64,000 nucleotides of DNA from Macrostomum hystrix (Eukaryota; Animalia; Platyhelminthes): contig CATNEN010000039.1 of assembly GCA_950097015.1 (NCBI GenBank), forward strand, positions 19,530,001-19,594,000, written 5' to 3'. Numbering within the stretch: the first letter of the stretch is position 1; every line of letters starts with the position of its first letter. The notes under the pieces are model-generated. The model was not told where the DNA came from. It was given only the letters and a program-made list of their open reading frames with translations, and did no database searches. The position numbers and the translations under genes were made by a program. Positions 54,058 to 64,000 of the stretch are shown in pieces.

Positions 54058-54757
54058 TTAACACTACTATGCGTATAGGCCTATATACAAAAGCTGTTTT
54101 GCAACTCAATATTGGGTTAAGTTTTAAAATCCCTTTAAAGATAAAGTGTTATTTTAAAATCTGCGAATAATCCTTATAATCTAAATAGTCTAAATTGACC
54201 ATTAGGGCCTATGCTTAATTTTTTAGACTAGGCCGATTGAAGACTAATTATAGGCCCTATAGTCTTGATAATTATTATAGGGCATTATGTAGGCCTATCA
54301 TATACAAACCACAGGAGCTCCAGACTTCAGTCAAATTGTCACAGTGAAGTAAATTTAATTTCTATTAAATAACAGGTCTAGGCCTAGGGCCTAGGGGGCC
54401 TATCCACTGTTGAAGTAAACTTCAAATATATATATAGGGCCTATATATTTCTTAGAGGGGTCTTTTAAAAATAACAATAATTTAGTGATAAAGCCTAACA
54501 TTTAAATAGATAAACTTTTCAAATTAAAAATTTCATGCTGCAATTTTGCAAATAGCACAGCTTCAAATTCAACTCTTATAGTCTGCGTGCACCAGTGAAA
54601 TCTTATAGCTCGTATTGAAGTCCAGACCTTGAGATAAAAAATTTTTTTGCATGTGGTCTATACAGCGCCATGTGAGTTGACCCTAGACCACAAAATAGTG
54701 AATTCACTGTGCAATAGAAAAAACTTGCAGGTGTGGCTGCAACTTGGTGATCTGGAG

Positions 54758-55056
54758 CATACATGTGCAACCTCACAAATCTTAGCCGGCCGTGCGACTT
54801 AGTTTTTGCTCTATTTATGACTTAGTTTGCTCTCATTTGTGACTTAGTTCGTTTCATTGCTCTATTTACGACTTAGTTTGCTCTCATTTGCTTTCTTTCT
54901 CTCCCCTTTTTCCTTTTCTTTAGGCCTTCCTTTTTGTCCCTTAGTCCCCCCTTTGATTTTTTTGTGCTTGGTCGATTGGTTTTTGCAACTCACCTTGCTT
55001 GGCCCTCGTTTCACCCAGCCAGTTCGGCCAGGTCGGCCAGGTGTTGCGCATGTATG
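54758..55056 (+). mobile_element. MITE family 1, copy 3
   Basis: Homologous to 821-1101; TSD ATCTGGAG on both sides. Confidence 0.9.
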
Positions 55057-56144
55057 ATCTGGAGGTTAAACAATAACATGGATAAGACAATCTTCTCAAT
55101 CTTATCAGTATGGATGAGACACCACTGCCAATGTTAAATCTACTGACTAAGCAGAAGTCCATGCAGTGGGGGCCCAGGGGCCATGAGCCACACTCAAAGC
55201 CAATGAAGTTAGCATAGACACACAACATCATGTGCACCATGTGGTTTGATGCCTGTGGGGTTCTGATGGTCAAATAAGAACACTTGAGTCAACAAGAGCT
55301 CATTGTAGTAGGGCCTAGCCAATGAATCTCTCCATGTGCTGCCTCTGAGTTTTTGAGGGGAGGGAATCAACAAACTGCTGCATCACTATAAGAAGTATAT
55401 ATTAGCTCAATTGTAGTTTTGCAGAGTTATGCTGAAATTGCTGAAGAAATGTACAAAGGCACTGATTTTTTACACAACAAACACATTTACCTTTTTGCTC
55501 TTTTCTATAGACAAAAATCTTTATTATTAATCTTAAGGTCTCAAGCTGTGTGCTGTCCATATTAGCAAAATTGCAAGGTAAAAATTTAAAAGATTTAGAA
55601 GAACAAGATTTTTATTTTTACTATAGAGTTGTATGACTCTATGGTCTTGTGACTATCTGCTTGTTTTGTTACTATTTATTATACTATTTATCCTCTATCC
55701 TCTATCTTCCTTTTTTAATACCTTGAATGGTCATTTTTTCACTATAATTAACTTGTTCGTATATCTAAGAAAAAATGAAAAGCCTTTAGCTTTTTAACTA
55801 TTGACTTTATTGACTGTCATTAACTAGATTTTTTATAGTTTCTTCATCCATTTCAGAAAACCAAAAATATGTAAAGAATCCAGAAAAAGTAAATGTAGCT
55901 CAATAAATTAGATTTAAGTAATAAATATTGTCTGTCCATAGCATTTGTAAGCTTAACAAAATAGCTACATTTAACTAGCTAAATACCAGAATGGACTGTA
56001 TTAGACCAAAACATACTGCAACTGACCACAAAGGACTGTAATAAAACTACTTTATAATAAACCCAGAGTCAGATATTTTATATTTCTTTGAGCAACTTTA
56101 GTAACTTACTTTACTTTGTTCACTTGGTAACTATGTTCCAGTTA

Positions 56145-58002
56145 ATGTCCAATTTAACCTGGACTAATCTCCAATGTCCACAGGAAGCTATTGCCAGTGG
56201 CTTTGCAAGTCCTTATAAGCTTTTTACTTGTTGGCAGCGTGAAGTGTCCGCTAAAGGTAAAGATGGCATTGTAGCAACAATTGCAGCTTTGGCAACTGTT
56301 GGGTCAGACAGTCAATCAAGTCGACCATCTCAGCGACCAATACAGATTTTTAATGACACTGATAGAAATAGGACTGAATTCTCATTCTTGTCCATTGATG
56401 GTAGTAGAAAGGTGAAGATAAAACATTAATTTGCTAATTTACTTTTTACCTTTACAATGGCTGAGAACAAAATCTGAATGTGTATTTGTCTGCCTCTAAC
56501 AGATAAGCCAGTTGCGATGCAACAGCAGAGCCTCTCTTCTATTTAACTGGTACCAGTATGGCCGCTATGTTACTATTGAAGGCACGACAAGCATTGTGTC
56601 TGGAGATTCAAACCAGATTGTCCAGTTATTCAACAGCGGGTTCCCACCAGCCATCAGAGCTGCCTTTGTTGCCTCGGGAAGTCTCCAGAGTCAGCCGCTA
56701 GCTGCTGAACAGGCTGGGGAAATTGCTGACAGGACCAGGTCAGAGAGCTGTGACATGAGTTCTCGGATCTCTTATCACTTTTTGAAGGGTATTCAAACAT
56801 TAACTGCTCTTGCTCTTCGAAGACAGAAATTGGGTGGAATTGGCGACTCATCCTAATCCCTCAAGTCAATCTTACAGCCACCTCACTCCACGCTTATGAA
56901 CAGCCACCTCACTCTGCAGAATGTTTAATAATCAGCGAAATATGCAGAATTGCCTCCTCGCTGGCTGTAGGTCTTGAGTCACAAAATGATTGCACGCCAT
57001 TGCCCGCAGCCCTCCTGCAATTATTATTATTACACCAGAAAATTGACAACCACCTCACTCTGCAGATTTCCTCAATCCCTCAGTCAAAAGTGACAGCTCC
57101 CTCACTCCACAGAATTGACAGCCACCTCAGTGACCTCACTCCACAAATTGACAGCTGACAGCTAGCTTACTTCGCGGCTTGCCATAAACTCTCAGTCAGA
57201 ATTGACAGCCACCTCACTACGCGGTTATCCCCGAACCCTCAGTATTAATTGACAGCCACCTCACTCCATGCCTATCCCCAAACCCTCAGTCAGAATGGAC
57301 AGCCACCTCACTCCACGGTTATCCCCAAACCCTCAGTCAGAATGGACAGCCACCTCACTCCACGGTTATCCCCAAACCCTCAGTCAGAATTGACAACCAC
57401 CTCACTCCAAGCCTATCCCAAAGCCTCAGTCAGAAGTTTCAGAATTGACAACAACCTCACTCCATGCCTATCCCCAAACCCTCAGTCAGAATGGACAGCC
57501 ACCTCACTCCACGCCTATCCCCAAACCCTCAGTCAGAATTTTCAGAATTGACAGCCATCTCACTCCATGCCTATCCCCAAAACCTCTGTTAGAATGGACA
57601 GCCACCTCACTCCACGCCTGTCCTCTAAACCTCTGTTAGAATGGACAGCCACCTCACTCCACGCCTGACCCCAAAACCCCAGGCAGAACTTCAGAAGTGA
57701 CAGCCACCTCAGTCCCTATTTCTTTTAACCCTATAAACAGGTCTTTGTTAGCGCTCGATGATGCCAGCAAAGATCAGCCACCGGATGCCATGGTGCTGGT
57801 GCGTCTAAAGCCAGATTACTACGAGTTCTATCAGGCTAACGAATCAGATGTCTGTTCCGCTGTCAGGTTGGCATATTTCAATCAGTCTGATGGCAACAAT
57901 CCGACTGCACTGACAAGCGACAACAGCGCCAACATATCCGTTGATAATGTAGTATCTTTTTCTGGCGATGGTGGCTGGCTTATTCAGCAGCTCTGCCCTT
58001 GA
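56145..58002 (+). CDS. Divergent pyridoxamine 5'-phosphate oxidase-like (PNPOx, FMN split-barrel) protein, about 254 aa; N-terminus uncertain
   Basis: Exons 56142/56145-56411, 56503-56738 and 57741-58002 join in frame. Motifs P..LF..W, ALATV...RPSQR, SRK..QL..N..ASLLFNW, V.IEG, QS, P..YEFYQ and the C-terminal W.IQQLCP parallel PNPOx. Confidence 0.8.
56932..57031 (+). mobile_element. SINE family A 3' fragment with (TTA)n tail
   Basis: Matches 1-138. Confidence 0.7.
57040..57712. repeat. Intronic ~47-bp minisatellite (GACAGCCACCTCACTCCAC...CCTCAGTCAGAAT)
   Basis: Directly visible; lies within PNPOx-like intron 2. Confidence 0.9.
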
Positions 58003-58350
58003 CTAAACTGACTAAACTAAACTACTAATGAAATTTTTGCCGATTAGCACTTTGTGCCGCAATATCCGTAATGAAAAAACTTTATTGGACAATAAGATTC
58101 AGGCAAAAAATAGTTTTATCTAAATATATCGTTTGTTTATTCATTTTAGAGAATAAGCTGCGTAGCATAATCAATGCAAAGTAGATTTATAGTAAGAATT
58201 CATAATTAAAGACAAATTTTATGTTTCAAATTGCTTCAGTCCGCAACGACTGCTGCTCCTGCTTCGGAGGCAGCGGAAGCCGATGCCTCCTTCGCCGAAG
58301 ACGAGGCCCATGACAATTGTGATAGTTCAGTTCTATGCAAATCTGATTCT

Positions 58351-61300
58351 ATGACAATGCCTCATGCAGCAAGATTCAGTGGCCAGGATTTCCAAGAAAC
58401 AAGCCGTCATCAAATTCTCGACACTGTTGAGAAAGCAGCCGTTAGCAATCTGTCAAATCCACCAGTAGCATCTGTCAGCAGTCCGTCAGACCCAACAGTA
58501 GCATCTGTCAGCAGTCCGTCAGACCCAACAGTAGCATCTGTCAGCAGTCCGTCAGACACACCAGTAGCATCTGTCAGCAGTCCGTCAGACACACCAGTTG
58601 CATCCGTCAGCAGTCCGTCAGACCCAACAGTAGCATCTGTCAGCAGTCCGTCAGACCCAACAGTAGCATTTGTCAGCAGTCCGTCAGACCCAACAGTAGC
58701 ATTTGTCAGCAGTCCGTCAGACCCACCAGTAGCATCTGTCAGCAGTCCGTCAGACCCAACAGTAGCATCTGTCAGCAGTCCGTCAGACACACCAGTAGCA
58801 TCTGTCAGCAGTCCGTCAGACCCACCAGTTGCATCTGTCAACAGTCCGTCAGACCCAAAAGTAGCATCCGTCAGCAGTCCGTCAGACCCAACAGTAGCAT
58901 CTGTCAGCAGTCCGTCAGACCCAACAGTAGCATTTGTCAGCAGTCCGTCAGACCCAACAGTAGCATTTGTCAGCAGTCCGTCAGACCCAACAGTAGCATT
59001 TGCCAGCAGTCCGTCAGACCCACCAGTAGCATCTGTCAGCAGTCCGTCAGACCCAACAGTAGCATTTGCCAGCAGTCCGTCAGACCCAACAGTAGCATTT
59101 GCCAGCAGTCCGTCAGACCCACCAGTAGCATCTGTCAGCAGTCCGTCAGACCCAACAGTAGCATCTGCCAGCAGTCCGTCAGACCCACCAATTGAATCCG
59201 TCAGCAGTCCGTCAGACCCACCAGTTGCATCTGTCAGCAGTCCGTCAGACCCACCAGTTATTTCTGTCAGCTGTCCGGCAGAAAATCAACCAGGCGACGA
59301 AGAAGACCACGATGACTCTAATTCAATGGATTCAGGCGTGACGGCCTCGCCGCATCCGAATCACCGCGAGATGCTATCCTACGCCGAACTCGAGCTCAAT
59401 TACAACGACGAAAGAGACGCCTGGTCCGATGCTATGCGGCGCATCGAACGACTTACCGATCGCGATTCATTCTCCTTGGCAACAGATGCGGCGCGGTTGC
59501 CAGGCAACGAGAAACGCAACAGATATCCGGACATTGTGCCGTACGATTGGAGCCGGGTACGGCTGAATGGCTCGCCTGGTGGCAGCGACTACATCAATGC
59601 CAGCAGGGTGGAAGTGCGACGGGCTGGTGAGAAACTCAACTACAGTGTACTCAAACAACGTTTTAGAGCAGTGTACTCATACAATATCTTAGAGCAGTGT
59701 ACTCAAACTTCCTCTTAGAGCAGTGTACTCAGACAATATCTTAGAGCAGTGTACTCAGGCAATTTTTAGAGCACTGTACTCAAAATACCTCTTAGAGCAG
59801 TTTACTCAAACTACTTCTTGGCTCTTAGAGCAGTGTACTCAAACAAACTCTTAGAACAGTGTACTCAAACAATATCTTAGAGCAGTGTACTCAAACTTCC
59901 TCTTAGAGCAGTGTACTCAGACAATATCTTAGAGCAGTGTACTCAAACTACCTCTTAGAGCAGTGTATTCAGACAATATCTTAGAGCAGTATACTCAGGC
60001 AATTTTTAGAGCACTGTACTCAAAATACCTCTTAGAGCAGTTTACTCAAACTACTTCTTGGCTCTTAGAGCAGTGTACTCAAACAAACTCTTAGAACAGT
60101 GTACTCAAACAATGTCTTAGAGCAGTGTACTCAAGCAAACTCTTAGAGCAGTATACTCAAACTACATCTTTGAGCAGTATACTCAAACTACATCTTTGAG
60201 CAGTATACTCAAACTACATCTTTGAGCAGTATACTCAAACTACATCTTTGAGCAGTATACTCAAACTACATCTTTGAGCAGTATACTCAAACTACTCTTT
60301 TGAGCAGTGTAGTCAAGCAAACTCTTAAAGCAGTATACTGAAACAAACTTATGCAAATGGAAAATTTCTGCAGGCCGGGTGTACCTGATTACCCAGGGCC
60401 CGCTGCCGCACACTGTTAGCCACTTCTGGTTAATGGCCTGGCAGTCGGGCAGTCCTGGCATTCTAATGCTCTGCCGAACCTTGGAGGCTGGCGGACTAAA
60501 GAAATGCGCCGAATATTATCCAACTAGCCAAGAGCCGAGGTGCGTGAAGTAGTTTATTTTGCGAATTGTGAAGACGCGGCTGATAATTGTGTTTTTTTAC
60601 TATTCAATATCCAGGTTAGAATTTCCAGAAGTGAACCTTTCTGTTGAACTGCTAAGCCAGTCTAGTCAGCTTAACGCTGATCCCGACTGTAACCCGTGGA
60701 TTGAGCGCCGGCTTCGCCTAATCTATAGCGGCGTGGAAGACTGCAAGAATCGAACTCGCGACCTAATCCATTTACAATTCACCGCCTGGCCAGATTTTGG
60801 CCAACCGCCAAGCGGTCCGGCCGGCTTTCTCAACTATTTGGGAGCTGCCAAAACTGCCGGCATACTGGACTGTCGGACAGCTCCGCCCATTGTTCACTGT
60901 TCAGCCGGGGCTGGCCGGGCTGGCTGCTTCGTCCTAGTCGACGCCTGCTTGGCTATCGCCGCCAGGCAAGGCACACTGTACGGCCTGGATCCGCTGCTGG
61001 AACTGCGCGAAATGCGCGCGCAAAGGCCCGGCCTGGTGCAGACTCCGGGCCAGCTGCGCTTCTGCTTCAGGGCTATTGTGGCCGGAGCTAGGGGATTATT
61101 GGCGGCCGGCGGTGACAAATTTCCGCGATTCCGTCCCGAGGACTGTCCGGACCGGTGAGAATCTAAATTATCATTGTATTCCGTTTTACCAATTCTCACT
61201 GTGTCTATTCTCATTTCAATCTCAAATTGAAAGGAATTTCAATCTCAGACCAATCCTAATTTCAAATCAATCTCAATTCAAAGTATATCCCAATCCAAAA

Positions 61301-62763
61301 ACAATCCTAATCCCAAACCAATCCTAATCCCAAACCAATCCTAATCCCAAACGAATCCTAATAAATCAGTCCGGGAATTAATCTCGATTCTTAATCAACA
61401 TTTTCCAAATCAATCCCAATCCCACATAAATCCCAATCCCACATCAATCCCAATCTCCCATCCATCCCAATCCCACATCAATCACCATCCCAAATCAATC
61501 CCAATCCCACATCAATCACAATCCCACATCAATCCCAATCCCAAAATCAATCCCAATCCCACATCAATCCCAATCCCACATCAATCCCAATCCCAAATCA
61601 ATCCCAACCCCACATCAATCACAATCCCACATCAATCCCAATCCCAAATCTATCCCAAATTCCAAATCAATCCCAATCCCAAATCAATCCCAATCCCAAA
61701 TTCAATCCCAATCACACATCAATCCCAATCCCACTTCAATCCCAATCCCAAATCAATCCCAATCCTAAATCAATCCCAATCCCACATCAATCCCAATCCC
61801 AAAATCAATCCCAATCCCAAATCTATCCCAAATTCCACATCAATCCCAATCCCACATCAATCCCAATCCCAAATCAATCCCAATCCCACATCAATCACAA
61901 TCCCACATCAATCCCAATCCCAAATCTATCCCAAATTCCAAATCAATCCCTATCCCAAATCAATCCCAATCCCAAAATCAATCCCAATCCCACATCTATC
62001 CCAAATTCCAAATCAATCCCTATCCCAAATCAATCCCAATCCCAAATCAATCCCAATCCCAAATCAATCCCAATCCCACATCAATCACAATCCCACATCA
62101 ATCCCAATCCCAAATCTATCCCAAATTCCAAATCAATCCCTATCCCAAATCAATCCCAATCCCAAAATCAATCCCAATCCCAAATCTATCCCAAATTCCA
62201 CATCAATCCCAATCCCACATCAATCCCAATCCCAAAATCAATCCCAATCCCAAATCTATCCCAAATTCCAAATCAATCCCAAATCAATCACAATCCCAAT
62301 CCCAATCCCACCACCGAATTCCTCGGTCAGGCTGTCTTCAGCTCCGAGGACGCCGGAGCCAGACATCGAAGAGCTGCTCCGTCAGAACCTGGAGGCCCAG
62401 CGGCGCAACTTGCACAGCTGCAGGCGAGGCTCCGACCTGCCAGCTACCTGCCGGCCTAATGCCGCTAGCGCCGAATCAGACCGCGTCGCCTCGGACAATT
62501 CGCCGCCGTCGACGCCGTCGCCATTGTCGACGGCTTGCGGTCCGCGGCGTCGGCCATTGTCGGAGCGCAGCCAGCGCAGTCGGGAAGCCGCGGCGGCGAT
62601 GCGCGAGGCGGCCGTAGCCGCTGGTGGCAGACTGTCCAGTCGCAGCCTGCTGCTCCGTCGGCTGCAGTCGGACTCGACAGGAACCGCCGCCGCGGCGGCA
62701 GCTTTGGCTGTCTTGGCTTGCGTAGCCGGCCTATTGGCCTACTCGTTGATTGGCGGGAAATGA
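58351..62763 (+). CDS. Non-receptor protein tyrosine phosphatase, PTP1B/TC-PTP-like, with a C-terminal membrane anchor and N-terminal Ser/Pro repeats, about 804 aa
   Basis: Exons 58351 (frame open from 58240)-59626, 60374-60539, 60615-61154 and 62331-62763 join in frame. Motifs NRYPDIVPYD.SRV.L, DYINAS, TQGPLPHT..HFW.M.W, KC.EYYP, WPDFG, VHCSAGAGRAG, R.QR.GLVQT..Q; hydrophobic tail LAVLACVAGLLAYSLIGGK. Confidence 0.9.
58440..59275 (+). repeat. Coding 33-bp tandem repeat (VASVSSPSDPT), about 25 units
   Basis: In frame within the first PTP exon. Confidence 0.92.
59642..60340. repeat. Intronic ~26-bp minisatellite (TCTTAGAGCAGTGTACTCAAAC...)
   Basis: Fills PTP intron 1 almost entirely. Confidence 0.93.
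61210..62310. repeat. Intronic (AATCCC)-based minisatellite, ~16-17-bp unit
   Basis: Fills PTP intron 3; complementary to the motif at 18107-18400. Confidence 0.93.
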
Positions 62764-62847
62764 GATTCCATTCTTTTTACCCTCGGCTGGGCTAGTGATT
62801 TCCGTGTTCCATTAATTTAGTTGAAATATTCTCGTTATTTTTTTCCC

Positions 62848-63170
62848 ACTGGGTCAACACCACGCTGATATTCCAAATACCCGCTGCCTACGTCACGGTA
62901 GCTCCGAAACCCGAATGATTGATTTTCTTGAAAGTCCAACAAGTATATCAAAACGTTTATGGCGAATCCATATGGGTTTAATAATAAAATAATTAAAAAG
63001 TATGATGGATAGAAAAAAACTACCTATGTTGCCTGTTATTGGTGGACGAGAATCGTTGAATATCACAACGACGCAGATGTGTTTGTGATTCTGGAAGTTG
63101 CTTCATCGGATAGAGCGGATTTTATTTTAGGCGGTGTTTTGGATTTTCATGGCGAATGTTTGAATATTTT
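62848..63170. mobile_element. Diverged inverted copy of the 39080-39490 repeat
   Basis: Colinear motifs such as aaatacccgctgcc, cgaatgat, ttgaatatc, ttctggaagtt and tgtttgaatattt are reverse complements of motifs in 39110-39465. Confidence 0.55.
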
Positions 63171-63215
63171 GGGTGATGCAGAATAAAGAAGATTTGGGTA
63201 TTTAAGATAACTCAC

Positions 63216-63217
<2 letters not shown>

Positions 63218-63261
<44 letters not shown>

Positions 63262-63624
63262 TAATAATAATAATTGCAGGAGGGCTGCGGGCAATGACGC
63301 ATCATTTGGTGACACTAGACCCGCAGCCAGCGAGGAGGCAATTCTGCCTATTTCGCTGACTCCTGAGCACACACACACACAGATACTGTAGCGCAAGCAC
63401 ACGCTCACACAGGTGTGTACATCTGCCCTGACTTTCGCATCGTCAGGCAGTGTACACTCTCACTGTGCCTTGGAGGTTGGCCCACAAGGGCGTAAATTGC
63501 ACGACAAGCCACCAAGCCTTCTCTCCGCGGCTGCGCCCCAAATGAATGTGTTCTTGCCGCAGAATCGAGCTTAGGGACCTTGGCGCGAGAGGCAAACGCG
63601 ATAACCGCTCTGCCACCGACCCCC
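63218..63624 (-). mobile_element. Full-length tRNA-derived SINE family A with (TTA)n tail
   Basis: Minus strand: GGGGTCGGTGGCAGAGCGG (A box), GCTCGATTC (B box), body, 3' stem-loop and a ~55-nt TTA tail; six copies or fragments in the window. Confidence 0.88.
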
Positions 63625-64000
63625 TATAATAACTCCCTGTGGTCCTTCTACTTTTTCTGCCAAAGTTGACTTATTATCCGATAATAAAGTTACAAACTGT
63701 CCTCCTTTTAAGTTGCCTAATTATTAAGTTGCTAAGGAGGAGACACAAGGCCACAATTTTTCTCAAACGCATATTTGCATGTTCTGTTTATATTTTGATT
63801 GCATAAATTGCTGCAATTACTTAATTGCTTGCTATCTTTAATTTGTACTTTTGTACATTTACAGCAATAGCTTGTTGCGTTAATTTGCAATATTCATCGC
63901 ACTTAAAATGATTTCGGTTTGCTATGTCAGTACTTGAAATACTACTGATTAGAGTTAATGAGTAGAAATATGCGTTTATTAATATAATATTTTTGTTAGC

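Overview
Eukaryotic (metazoan) genomic DNA with GT-AG spliced genes. The mix of compact genes, tRNA-derived SINEs and kilobase minisatellite arrays is reminiscent of a free-living flatworm such as Macrostomum (inference only). Eight genes can be reconstructed by hand with consistent intron phases: BTBD9-like (5' part, -), REEP5/6-like (+), a type-I LRR membrane protein (+), a secreted EndoU (+), an intronless rhodopsin-type GPCR (-), a C2H2/BED zinc-finger protein (-), a divergent PNPOx-fold protein (+) and a tail-anchored PTP1B-like phosphatase with an N-terminal 11-aa repeat (+). A frameshifted Crypton-type (DUF3504-like) tyrosine-recombinase element with a structured left end lies at about 8.2-10.4 kb, followed by a second decayed fragment. 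Roughly 35-40% of the window is tandem repeat (about 14 arrays, units of 6-47 bp), and there are several MITEs with clear TSDs and two SINE families. Most long ORFs in the ORF track that fall inside arrays are artefacts. The best leads are the PNPOx-like probable pseudo-enzyme or neo-enzyme and its tight, operon-like linkage to the PTP gene, the Crypton element, and candidate micro-exons wedged between satellite arrays.
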